Below are positions 28,064-37,312 of a stretch of 64,000 nt of DNA, piece after piece. This stretch comes from Actinomycetota bacterium (lineage in GTDB: Bacteria > Actinomycetota > Actinomycetes > S36-B12). Made by a program: the position numbers and the translations under genes. Under the pieces are notes generated by a model. It was not told where the DNA came from, made no database searches, and worked only from the letters and a program-made list of their open reading frames with translations. How positions within the stretch are numbered: the first letter of the stretch is position 1; every line of letters starts with the position of its first letter. The stretch covers positions 28,735 through 92,734 of the forward strand of contig SYJA01000024.1 in the NCBI GenBank assembly GCA_005798555.1. Reading direction: 5' to 3'.

Positions 28064-29083
28064 ATGTGCACGAATTTCAAGGTACCAACCGCCGAGGACG
28101 GCTCGGTCGTAGTGGGCCGCAGCCTCGATTTCCCGCATTTCATGAGTTTTTCCCTATGTGCCACCCCGCGTGATCTCCCCCGGGTGGCCCTCGGCCCGGC
28201 CGGGGTCCCCACCAAGACATGGACCACGCGTCACGGAGTAGTCGGACTTGCGGTGACTGGCATGGATGCCGCGATCATGGACGGCATGAACACCGCCGGC
28301 CTATCCGCCCACCTGCTTTACATGGTCGGTGGCTTTTTCTATGCGCCGGCGGCCCGCGGCGACGGCACCGATGTCAGCCAACTCGAACTGGCCTCCTACC
28401 TGCTATCGACTTGTGCGACCATCGACGAGGTGCGCAAGGCGGTGGCCGAAATCAACATCTGGGGCTGGGATGCCGGCCTGCCTTTCACCCCGCCTGTCCA
28501 CGTGCTCGTGCACGACCGGGATGACTCTGCGGCCATCGAGTTTCGGCCCGACGGGGTCGTGGTTGTCGACAACCCAACTAGTGTCGGAACCAACTCCCCT
28601 TACCTCGAGTGGCACCTGCTGAACTTGAATCACCACACCGGCTTCTCGGCCGAAAACCGCCCGGGGCAACGCGTTCGCACGGGTGACGGTTTGAACATCA
28701 GGAGTCTGGGAGTTGGGTCCGGGCTCCACGGCCTGCCGGGCGACTACACCGGTGCCTCCCGCTTCGTGCGTGCTATCGCCCTTACTACCTTGGCCGAGAC
28801 GCCAACGGACGGCCGCGACGCGGAAATGCTAACCCTGCACGTGCTCAACACCTTCGACGTGCCGCCGGGCATTATCAAAGAGCCTGGGCCTGACCACTCA
28901 ATCGTAAACGAGCTCACCTACGCCGACACGATCGCCAATCTGACTGATCTGCGCTACGCCTATCGCGCCCTCGATGACCCGGAGGTGTATGTGGTAGATC
29001 TAAAAGAGACGGACTTCACCGGTGACAAATCAAGGTTTCGCGCACTCGCGGAACGCGGTGAGTTCACGACCATCAGCCTTTAA
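28064..29083 (+). CDS. Linear amide C-N hydrolase (choloylglycine hydrolase / penicillin V acylase Ntn family)
   Basis: Start set at ATG 28064, preceded by AGGGGAG. The resulting N-terminus MCTNFKV gives the Cys2 Ntn nucleophile. About 340 aa with no signal peptide. Confidence 0.85.
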   Translation: MCTNFKVPTAEDGSVVVGRSLDFPHFMSFSLCATPRDLPRVALGPAGVPTKTWTTRHGVVGLAVTGMDAAIMDGMNTAGLSAHLLYMVGGFFYAPAARGDGTDVSQLELASYLLSTCATIDEVRKAVAEINIWGWDAGLPFTPPVHVLVHDRDDSAAIEFRPDGVVVVDNPTSVGTNSPYLEWHLLNLNHHTGFSAENRPGQRVRTGDGLNIRSLGVGSGLHGLPGDYTGASRFVRAIALTTLAETPTDGRDAEMLTLHVLNTFDVPPGIIKEPGPDHSIVNELTYADTIANLTDLRYAYRALDDPEVYVVDLKETDFTGDKSRFRALAERGEFTTISL

Positions 29084-29089
29084 GGTGCA

Positions 29090-30484
29090 GTGCGAGTGCC
29101 CTCCCCGCTTAGTCGAAGAAGTTTTCTAGGTGCCACCACATTAGTTGCAACCGGGATCGCTACCGGCAACAAATCCGCAATCGCAAGTCTATCCCGGGCA
29201 AGGCTGCCGGACCCGGCCGCATCACTGGTCACGAGGTGGGACACCGATCGATGGTCACGGGGGGCTTACTCGGCGCTGCCCGTTGGTGCAACCGCAGGCA
29301 TTAGGCAGACTCTCGCGCGCGCCATCATTGGCAACCGACTCGTCTTTGCCGGTGAGTACACCGACCCCGAATACCCCGCAACAGTTCAGGGGGCTCTTCG
29401 ATCAGGCCAGCGCGCCGCGCGCGCTTTAATAGCCAACGGTTTCGGGCCCAAGGTCGTAGTTATCGGCGCCGGGATGGCCGGGGTGTCAGCAGCCCACGAT
29501 CTCGCCATCAGTGGCGCCCAGGTGGTGGTGGTTGAGGCCAGGGATCGAATCGGTGGGCGAGTCCAGACGAATACGTCCTGGGGATTGCCCGTCGAAATGG
29601 GTGCCGCTTGGGTGCACGCATTGAAAGCCAACCCGCTAGTGCCCCTTGCGCAGCAAGCCCGGCTTAAATTGATTCCTAGTGACTACGAGAATGAAAGTTT
29701 CCGTGACACCAAGACCGGTCGACCATCACCAAGTGCTAGGCGTGCTTCGATTCTACTGGGTCGCCTCCTGAGCCAACTCGAGAATTCATGGCCGAACCCC
29801 AGCACTTCAGTTGCCTCTTGGTTGCAGCAGCATGGACTGCCAGCCAATCGGTTTTCAACTTGGGCCGTTGAGACCGGCATCGTGCAGGAGTACGGCCTCA
29901 ATGCATCGAGATTGGGTGCCCGGGCCCCCACCGAAGGCGGTGATTACCTAGGTGGTGACGCATTTGTGGCCGGGGGCTACCAGCACATACCTCAATTGCT
30001 GGCCGCCGACCTCGAAATCCAACTTAATTCGCCAGTTGTGAATGTCGACGTATCCCAGGCCAGAAATGCATATGTCACGGTCGAATCCGGCGAAGTATTA
30101 ACCGCAGATGCGGTGGTGGTTGCCGTGCCGGTTACGCTGTTGCAAGCCCAAGCCCCAGGCATCGCTGGCTTGCCGGCAGACATCCAGAGTGCCCTTGGCA
30201 AAATTGCCACCGGAGACCTCGAAAAAGTGATCCTGCGCTATGACGAACAGTGGTGGGGCGCGGAGCGGGTGCTCGGGATAGTCGGCGGCGGGGTGCCTGG
30301 GCAATCAATTCAAACGACGCTGAATTCGGCACTACGCTGGACGGAGTTCTTCGACGTAACTGATGTCGTCGGTGCCCCGGCACTAGTCGGTTTCTCCGGT
30401 GGCAGCGCAGCGCGCACTCGTCCGAAATCGGACTCCGCGTGCGTAGCCGAAGCCATGGCGATGCTGCAGGCAGCGTTTCACTAG
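29090..30484 (+). CDS. Tat-signal flavin-containing amine oxidase with apparently circularly permuted domain order
   Basis: Twin-arginine signal LSRRSFLGATTLVATG. Next comes a block normally found at the C-terminus of amine oxidases (LVTRWDTDRWSRGAYS…RLVFAGEYT…VQGALRSGQRAA). The normal N-terminus follows (VVVIGAGMAGVSAAHDL…VVVVEARDRIGGRV … GAAWVH). The ORF ends at …AMAMLQAAFH*. Confidence 0.8.
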   Translation: MRVPSPLSRRSFLGATTLVATGIATGNKSAIASLSRARLPDPAASLVTRWDTDRWSRGAYSALPVGATAGIRQTLARAIIGNRLVFAGEYTDPEYPATVQGALRSGQRAARALIANGFGPKVVVIGAGMAGVSAAHDLAISGAQVVVVEARDRIGGRVQTNTSWGLPVEMGAAWVHALKANPLVPLAQQARLKLIPSDYENESFRDTKTGRPSPSARRASILLGRLLSQLENSWPNPSTSVASWLQQHGLPANRFSTWAVETGIVQEYGLNASRLGARAPTEGGDYLGGDAFVAGGYQHIPQLLAADLEIQLNSPVVNVDVSQARNAYVTVESGEVLTADAVVVAVPVTLLQAQAPGIAGLPADIQSALGKIATGDLEKVILRYDEQWWGAERVLGIVGGGVPGQSIQTTLNSALRWTEFFDVTDVVGAPALVGFSGGSAARTRPKSDSACVAEAMAMLQAAFH

Positions 30485-30501
30485 GTGGGGTTACCCGTTA
30501 A

Positions 30502-32022
30502 CTACTTCATGTCCGCAACTCTGATCAGGCCCTTAAGAACTCCGACATAACCAACACCATCTGGCGCTAGGTACAACGAGGCGTAGGAGTTGTTGAACCC
30601 GCTACCCGTACCCGCTAGCTTGCTGTAAACCACCTCACCGGTGCGGTAATCCAGTGCCGTCCAGTACCATCGATCAATCTTGCCTGGCCCTTTCGGCTTG
30701 GTGTAGGTGTAGATCAAGCCGGTCGCGGCCGAGAACTTGGGAACCACGCTAGGAGCACTTACCTCAGAATTTGTCCAGACCTTCTTGCAGGTGCCATCAG
30801 CCTGCACATCAACCCTCGCAAAGCCAGGGGTTGTGGTCTTACCCCCGGTGACAGATTTGACGCTCAAGTTCCCGTAATTGTTCTCGACAATTAGCGAACT
30901 ACCGATTGAGATAAGTGAATTCTCGGTAATGCTCGCATTCTTGTCGAAAACGGGCGCTGAGCAGACTTCACGAGCTGCGGCATTAACTGCCGTGTTATAC
31001 ACGACTACGTTCATTGGATTGGCGTTGTCTGTAATTGCTACCCGACCACCGGACATCACCGTCGGACTGGTGCCGGAACCTGCACTCTTTGCACCAGGCT
31101 TTTGCACGCCATCATTTTCATATACGATGCGCCAACTTGATGTTGGCAAGCCAGCAACCGCATCGAAGCGATACATCGCAATGTTACTAACGATGTAGAC
31201 GCCCCCAGTCTCATCCATCGAGAACGACTGCGTAATTCCCTCACCTGAAAGTCTTATGGTCTGGCTCTTTCCGGTTTGCGGGTTCAGGGCACCGACCAGT
31301 CCCTGGGTTGTGACGAACCAGATATTGCCATTGAAGTCTGGCAATGCAGACAAAATCGAATCTCCACTGGCCGCGAAGGTAGGTTGACCTGCAGTGATCG
31401 ATGTCGCAAGATCGATATCGCTAACTGGCTTAAATGAATACTTCGAGCCAGTACGTGCCAATTCGAAGGTGATGATGTGCCGGTCGGCCGTCGCCACGAC
31501 GGCCCGGTCCTGATTGTCGAGATAGAAGTAACCCCCCGACAATTCGGTGTAGTCCCGATTCGACAAAGCGCCACCCGGGGTGGGGCGATTGGTTAGGTTG
31601 TATCGAGTTAAGACCTTCAACGAATCTGGATCCATGAGAGTCAAGTAGGCAGGAGTCTGCGGAGTCAAGCAAATTGCAACTAGCTGGCCTGCTGCATTGA
31701 AAGTGATACTTGCGCACTCACCACCTGCAACCTGTGAAGTGACCTTGGTGTTCTTACCCAACGGTCCGGCCCACTGATACGAGTCCGACATGTAGGTGTC
31801 GTTATGGATATTCGACTTACCCACCGGTGCCAGGTACGGGTTAGTCGGGACCACCGGCATCGAGACCTGGTTTGCCTTCGCCGCGCTGCCAATGAACTTG
31901 GTGGCGCTGCTATACCCGGGGCCGTCAGGAATTGGCTTGGCGTATGCCCAGCCACCTGAGGTTGCGGCGAGCACCGCAGCAACTAGGACGACAGCAACTC
32001 TGGCACGAACAACTCTTTTCAT
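30502..32022 (-). CDS. Secreted protein of unknown function (repetitive beta-rich, possibly propeller-like)
   Basis: 506 aa. Clear Sec signal (MKRVVRARVAVVLVAAVLAATSGGWAYA/KP). Gly/Ser/Thr/Asn-rich beta-strand-like periodicity. No motif I can name. Confidence 0.5.
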   Translation of the reverse strand: MKRVVRARVAVVLVAAVLAATSGGWAYAKPIPDGPGYSSATKFIGSAAKANQVSMPVVPTNPYLAPVGKSNIHNDTYMSDSYQWAGPLGKNTKVTSQVAGGECASITFNAAGQLVAICLTPQTPAYLTLMDPDSLKVLTRYNLTNRPTPGGALSNRDYTELSGGYFYLDNQDRAVVATADRHIITFELARTGSKYSFKPVSDIDLATSITAGQPTFAASGDSILSALPDFNGNIWFVTTQGLVGALNPQTGKSQTIRLSGEGITQSFSMDETGGVYIVSNIAMYRFDAVAGLPTSSWRIVYENDGVQKPGAKSAGSGTSPTVMSGGRVAITDNANPMNVVVYNTAVNAAAREVCSAPVFDKNASITENSLISIGSSLIVENNYGNLSVKSVTGGKTTTPGFARVDVQADGTCKKVWTNSEVSAPSVVPKFSAATGLIYTYTKPKGPGKIDRWYWTALDYRTGEVVYSKLAGTGSGFNNSYASLYLAPDGVGYVGVLKGLIRVADMK

Positions 32023-32070
32023 TCTACTTGCTTACACTATTTTTGATCGAAGTCAAATCGGAGCGGCAGA

Positions 32071-32256
32071 TTGAACTTTCACATGAGCAGCCCCACCCGA
32101 TATCTCGTCGCCTTCGCTATCACCGGTGCGCTGGTCTGCGCCACCGCGATCCCCGCCTCTGCCCTTGTCTCTGCGGCGGCCGGTGTTATCACTGCGAGTT
32201 GGGGAAAGGGATCACCTGACTTCACCGACCCTCTGGTGCCGCCCCTTGCTTACTAG
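32071..32256 (+). CDS. Signal-peptide-bearing 61-aa ORF, probably the 5' part of a split secreted protein
   Basis: TTG start with GGAG 7 nt upstream. Signal peptide YLVAFAITGALVCATAIPASA. Stops at TAG 32254-32256. Confidence 0.3.
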   Translation: MNFHMSSPTRYLVAFAITGALVCATAIPASALVSAAAGVITASWGKGSPDFTDPLVPPLAY

Positions 32257-32258
32257 TT

Positions 32259-32624
32259 ATGAATTCCCCGACCGGGGGCGGGCTCGACGCGGCCACCGCT
32301 ACATTCACCATTCCCACCATCCCACTCGGCCAAACTGCCAAGTTCGCACGTGTCTGGAATAAGACTCCGCAGACGGTCACCGAAGGCAAGACGTATGTGA
32401 TGGGTGCCCCGAAACTCAAGACCAATAAAGGCAAGTTGGTGACTTTTAAGATCGCTACTGGATCTAATCTGTGCACGGTTGTCAAAGATTCGAGTAAGGG
32501 CTGGCTGCTGAGAGTCGGCAAGAAGACGGGTGAGTGCAGTGTCACTGCCACGTCAGCCGCAGTTCCACCTAACTTCGCCGCACTCAATACCGCCTCATAT
32601 TGGACGGTAGTGAGGCCCTCTTAA
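32259..32624 (+). CDS. 121-aa beta-rich domain with two Cys, probably the 3' part of the same split secreted protein
   Basis: No signal peptide and no SD before ATG 32259. Ig-like strand pattern with a Cys pair (…NLCTVVKD…TGECSVTATS…). Its frame is shifted relative to the 32071 ORF. Confidence 0.35.
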   Translation: MNSPTGGGLDAATATFTIPTIPLGQTAKFARVWNKTPQTVTEGKTYVMGAPKLKTNKGKLVTFKIATGSNLCTVVKDSSKGWLLRVGKKTGECSVTATSAAVPPNFAALNTASYWTVVRPS

Positions 32625-32650
32625 TGCACCCCTGCAATTAGACTTGAGCA

Positions 32651-33478
32651 GTGATCGAGCATCCAACCGCTAGTGCACGGCAATTACAGGATGTTGTCGC
32701 GGCTGGATTCTCCCGCGGTGTGATACCAAGTCTGGCCCATTATCGAACCCCTGAGCAAAGCGCCGCATGGCGTGCGGTCGCCACCTCATTTTTTGACCGA
32801 GCTCCCGGTCGCAGCGCTTTCGATGACGTCTACACCGAAATCGCCGCGAACTGCCCGGGAACTCCAGTGCACGTAATCGCACTCGGCTGCGGTGATGGCT
32901 CCAAGGAGGAAGCCCTTGTCCGCAATTTGCGCCTGGCCGGTCTCGACGTGGCGGTCACTCTTGCGGATATCTCGCCCTCATTACTTGAGTTAGCCGGTGC
33001 ACGTCAAGAGGCGATAGAACATGTACTAGTCCTTACTTCGATCGCCTGCGATATCACCACGGTCGGCGGCTCACTCGCCGATCTAATCGAGTACCTGCCC
33101 GGGCGGCGAGTTATCACCATGTTCGGTGTGCTGCCTGGGCTGACCACGATGTCTGCCTTCGAGTCCGTGGCATCGCTGATGCGCGACGGTGATCTTTTTG
33201 CCTTCAGTGGCAATATGTTGCCCGATGGGGCGGGTGAGATCGAGCGCCTGTGTAATTTCTACGCGACCGGATCTGCGCATGACTGGATGGCCTTGGTGTT
33301 CAGCGGTGCCGGGATTGACACTGAATCCTTGAGTTGGTCAGTTGCGCCGGCCTACGCCTCAGAAATTTTCGCCGTTGCCACCGTAAGCGTAAAAGCCGAA
33401 GTGCTGCGAGATTGCGTGGCAAATGTCGGCGATTTTGCACTCCAACTCGAGGCTGGCCAGATCATCGACACCTTTTAG
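32651..33478 (+). CDS. Putative SAM-dependent methyltransferase with EgtD-like (Methyltransf_33-type) layout
   Basis: 275 aa. VHVIALGCGDGSKEEALV (SAM-binding glycine loop followed by Lys, as in EgtD). Also …ADISPSLLE…, …RRVITMFGVLPGL…, …GDLFAFSGN…. The assignment is tentative. Confidence 0.4.
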   Translation: MIEHPTASARQLQDVVAAGFSRGVIPSLAHYRTPEQSAAWRAVATSFFDRAPGRSAFDDVYTEIAANCPGTPVHVIALGCGDGSKEEALVRNLRLAGLDVAVTLADISPSLLELAGARQEAIEHVLVLTSIACDITTVGGSLADLIEYLPGRRVITMFGVLPGLTTMSAFESVASLMRDGDLFAFSGNMLPDGAGEIERLCNFYATGSAHDWMALVFSGAGIDTESLSWSVAPAYASEIFAVATVSVKAEVLRDCVANVGDFALQLEAGQIIDTF

Positions 33479-33596
33479 ATCACACAGGCACTCGTCGGAG
33501 TCACTAACTGATCTCACCGAAAGCCTGGGCTTGAACTTGATCTGCCTGCGGCTGTCCGACAGTGGCGAGGAAGGCGTGGTGCTTGCCCGCAAATGA

Positions 33597-34474
33597 TTAT
33601 GGCAGCGCCTGGATCGTTCTAAGGACCGCGCGAACCTTCGGCACCTCATGAGTGCGATAAAGATTCGTACGCCCGAGGGCCGCGAGGACCGCAAAGAAGG
33701 TTTCGATATCGCGATATTGCTCCTCGAAATACTCATACCCGGCAAGCAGAGCCTTGCAAACCGGGTAGCCCAATCCACGGAGTCTAAAGCTTGTGAGCAG
33801 CGTCAGTACTTGATGCTCCAACCGCTCCTGCCCACCACGTGGTGAGCTCACTAATGGATCAATGAAGACTCTGGTCACCCCGGCGGTTTCGGCTGCTTCA
33901 ATCCGGGTGGCGAAATGCTCGAGCATGCGTTCGGTGAAATCGATCCCGTTACTGAAATCCCTAACCTCGCGAATATTGGTGCCCTGCACGTAGCACATGA
34001 TTATCGTTGCATCGTAGGCAGCGGCCAGTTGGAATATCTCGGACTCATGCTCTCGGCCCGTCAGGTTGAGCACATTGGCGCCAGCTGACAGGCAGGCCTT
34101 GACTACCGTGGGGGAATAGGTCTCGGCCAAACAAGAATTCCTTCAGCGCGCAGCCCTTCGATCACCGGCACCAGCACGGCTATCTGTGCGGCCGCGTTAA
34201 CTGTCGCCGTCTCGGCCATCGTCGCTTCCGCCCCCAGATCAACGATGTCGGCTCCCTCGGCGGCTAGCTTGCGACCTCGGGCAACCGCTGACTTTGTTGT
34301 CAACGAGATACTTTCTCGATACCAAGAGTCATGCGAGAGGTTGATGACACCCATAATTGCCGGCTCCGCATCAAAATCAAATGCCCGGCCGCCGATCTCG
34401 AACGCGGCGATCGGCGCATGGATCTCAGCGCCAAACTTCTGCTCGATCTCTGCCAAGGACGAAAGTGAAAGCAT
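33597..34474 (-). pseudogene. Pterin-binding (dihydropteroate synthase-like) protein, frameshifted
   Basis: The N-part (34103-34474) reads MGVINLSHDSWY…GADIVDLGAE…EGILV and runs out of frame. The C-part (33597-34130) reads AETYSPTVVKACLSAGANVLNLTG…RVFIDP… in the -1 frame. The switch occurs at the GTTTGG site near 34127-34134. Confidence 0.7.
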
Positions 34475-34509
34475 ATTGGAATCCTAGGAACTCTTACGGG
34501 TCAGCGCAA

Positions 34510-35348
34510 TCAAGCCAAGGTAACAAGTGCAACACCAGCCAGAATTACCAGAATCGCCATGTATTGAACCGGCTTCAGCACCTGCTTGAGAATCACCGCC
34601 GCCAGGATTGTCGTAATGACAGGGGCCAGTGACGCGAGCACGGAATCAAGTGAGACCATGCCGATCGTCGTGGAGAACGAATACGACCAAGTTGATGCTG
34701 CGTCCAAGAAGCCAATGGCAAGGAGCACCAGCATGATGCGCTTCGAGACCCCACCCAATGAACGGGTGAATATCGCGGCAACCGCCAATGGAATGACAAT
34801 CGTGGCCTCCATAACGACCGAGGTTTCAAGCACACTACCCGCACTCCCTAAGTCAAGGGTGACGAAGATCAACCCATACGAAACGCTTCCAACGGCGGCA
34901 AGGACAAATGGCCTTGCCCCGTTCGGCTGCCGCGCAACTCAGGTGCGCTAACAAGGATGACTCCTCCGATACAGGCCGCGATACCAAGTAGTTGACCCCG
35001 GTTTGGGTAGATCCCTTGCACCACGTCAAAGGCAATCGGTACCAGGACCGATAGCGAGGTAATGCCCGAGATGACCCCCATTCGCCCTTTGGACAATGCT
35101 GTGAAAAAAGCAATGTTGCCGATCAGTGCACACACCCCGCTGACCGCGCCCCACCCGACTTCCGGTCCTGACAGGGACCATGAGTGCTGCCCGGTGAGGA
35201 CCAAGGCGTAAATCAAGCCGGCGAACAGTGCGCCGAAACCGGTGACCGCGTATACCGATAACCGGCGTGTGGTAAAACCGCCAAGAAAGCTCGCAGAGCC
35301 ACCCGTCAGGCTAGACAGTAACGCGAAGAGGCTGGCCCACGGCTTTAC
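34510..35348 (-). pseudogene. DMT/EamA-family transporter, frameshifted in the inter-domain linker and lacking a canonical start
   Basis: EamA repeat 1 (…WASLFALLSSLTGGSASFLGG…IAACIGGVILVSAPE) and repeat 2 (…RPFVLAAVGSVSYGLIFVTLD…VILAGVALVTLA) lie in different frames, with the switch between about 34870 and 34940. The first in-frame canonical start is a TTG that falls inside TM2. Confidence 0.6.
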
Positions 35349-35497
35349 GATATCGCCCTTCCTCGGCCGACGAGGTGCTTTCCGCCACTCACCGCACTGT
35401 CGCAGGCGTACCCGTAGGGCTCGCTAGGATACGAAGACGTGATGCCGCGCCCTGACTACGTTTCCCGCGGGCTTGGCACAACTTGTGGAGGAAACTG

Positions 35498-36583
35498 ATG
35501 TCCGAGATTGTTCGCGGGGTTATCGCCAAGGCAAAAGGTGCGCCTGTCTTGATCGAAGACATTGTGATTCCCGATCCAGGGCCAGGCGAGGTAAAGGTGA
35601 AAATCGCCGCATGCGGGGTATGCCACACCGACTTGCACTACCGTGAAGGCGCAATCAACGATCAATTCCCCTACTTACTCGGGCATGAGGCCGCCGGCTT
35701 TGTTGATGAAGTTGGCGGGGGCGTTTTTGAGGTTCAGCCCGGTGATTACGTCATCTTGAACTGGCGCGCAGTGTGTGGCGATTGTCGAGCTTGCCGGCGC
35801 GGCCGGCCGTGGTACTGCTTCAACACCCACAACGCCGACGCCAAAATGACGCTTGTTGATGGCACCGAATTGAGCCCCGCGCTTGGTATCGGAGCATTTG
35901 CCGACAAGACGCTAGTCGCGGCCGGCCAATGCACCAAAGTGGACCGCAGAGCCCCGGCCCAGGTTGCGGGGCTCCTCGGCTGCGGTGTGATGGCTGGGCT
36001 CGGCGCTGCAATTAACACGGGTAACGTCAGCCGCGGCGACACCGTCGCGGTGATCGGCTGCGGTGGAGTAGGCGACGCCGCCATCGCCGGGGCCAGATTG
36101 GCGGGGGCCCGAACGATCATTGCCGTCGACATAGATGATCGCAAGCTCGAACTAGCCCGGGAATTCGGGGCAACTCACACCGTCAATTCTCGCAACCGTG
36201 ACGCCGTCGAAGGTATCCAGGAATTCACTAGCGGCTTCGGTGCAGATGTCGTGATCGACGCGGTAGGGCGCCCCGAGACCTACGAGGCTGCCTTTTACGG
36301 TAGAGACCTCGCCGGCACCGTCGTTCTTGTTGGTGTTCCTGATCCGACGATGAGGCTGGATCTCCCGCTCATTGATGTCTTCGGGCGTGGCGGTTCACTC
36401 AAGTCGAGTTGGTACGGCGACTGCCTCCCATCGCGGGACTTCCCGATGTTGATTGATCTTTATCTCCAAGGCAGACTGCCTTTGGACCGATTTGTCTCTG
36501 AGGAAATTGCCCTCGATCAAGTTGAGGCGGCTTTCGAGAAGATGCACCGCGGTGAAGTGCTCCGTTCAGTAGTCGTACTCTGA
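35498..36583 (+). CDS. Class III Zn-dependent alcohol dehydrogenase, S-(hydroxymethyl)mycothiol/formaldehyde dehydrogenase-like
   Basis: GGAGGA SD before ATG 35498. [15 protein letters not shown] and [10 protein letters not shown] (structural Zn) motifs, plus GCGGVG NAD fold. Confidence 0.85.
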   Translation: MSEIVRGVIAKAKGAPVLIEDIVIPDPGPGEVKVKIAACGVCHTDLHYREGAINDQFPYLLGHEAAGFVDEVGGGVFEVQPGDYVILNWRAVCGDCRACRRGRPWYCFNTHNADAKMTLVDGTELSPALGIGAFADKTLVAAGQCTKVDRRAPAQVAGLLGCGVMAGLGAAINTGNVSRGDTVAVIGCGGVGDAAIAGARLAGARTIIAVDIDDRKLELAREFGATHTVNSRNRDAVEGIQEFTSGFGADVVIDAVGRPETYEAAFYGRDLAGTVVLVGVPDPTMRLDLPLIDVFGRGGSLKSSWYGDCLPSRDFPMLIDLYLQGRLPLDRFVSEEIALDQVEAAFEKMHRGEVLRSVVVL

Positions 36584-37209
36584 TGTCTCCACGTGTTGAT
36601 GTGCTTGTCACGAGCGGCACATTCTCGCTCGATGGTGGTACCTGGGAAGTGGATAACAATGTCTACCTGATCGGCGACGACTACGAGGTATTGGTTATTG
36701 ACCCTGCTCATGATCACCAAGTGATTCTTGAGGCGATCGGTGACCGTGAGGTCGCTGGGATCATCTGCACGCACGGCCACGATGATCACATTGGCCAAGC
36801 CGTCGCTATCGCAGAGCTGACGGGGGCATCGATCCGGTTACACCCGGGCGACCTGATGCTGTGGGAGGTGGTCCACCCAGGAGTCGTACCCACCGAACTA
36901 AGTGACGGCGACATCATCAAGGTTGCTGGGATTTCAGTGAAAGTGCTTCATACTCCGGGCCATTCCCCAGGCGGAGTCTGCCTGCACATCCCAGAAATCG
37001 ATGTTCTGATTTCCGGTGACACCCTCTTCCAGGGCGGACCTGGCGCGACCGGAAGATCATTTAGTGACTTCCCCACGATCCTTGACTCAATACGCGAGAA
37101 GATTCTGACCCTTCCGAGCGGCACCAAAGTGCTCCCTGGGCACGGTGGTGAAACTACTGTCGGAGATGAGTCGGCCGATTATCAGGATTGGGTCGACCGA
37201 GGTCACTGA
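36583..37209 (+). CDS. MBL-fold metallo-hydrolase
   Basis: TGATG overlap with the upstream ADH. HxHxDH motif (CTHGHDDHIG) and a later HTPGHSPG. 208 aa. Confidence 0.85.
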   Translation: MSPRVDVLVTSGTFSLDGGTWEVDNNVYLIGDDYEVLVIDPAHDHQVILEAIGDREVAGIICTHGHDDHIGQAVAIAELTGASIRLHPGDLMLWEVVHPGVVPTELSDGDIIKVAGISVKVLHTPGHSPGGVCLHIPEIDVLISGDTLFQGGPGATGRSFSDFPTILDSIREKILTLPSGTKVLPGHGGETTVGDESADYQDWVDRGH

Positions 37210-37312
37210 CCGCGAAATCTTGAACTAGGGCGTGCCAGACCTGGCATCGGCGGGCAACTGCCGTGCCCGGCCTGCAGTTCCACTGGTCGGCGCATTGGGG
37301 TAGTCTTCCGGT

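Noticed and set aside
34103-34134. The -1 frame change in the DHPS-like gene as programmed ribosomal frameshifting.
   Set aside because: The site (CTTGTTTGG) is not a canonical X-XXY-YYZ slippery heptamer, and I found no downstream pseudoknot or hairpin. The neighbouring gene is also frameshifted, which favours decay or an indel error.
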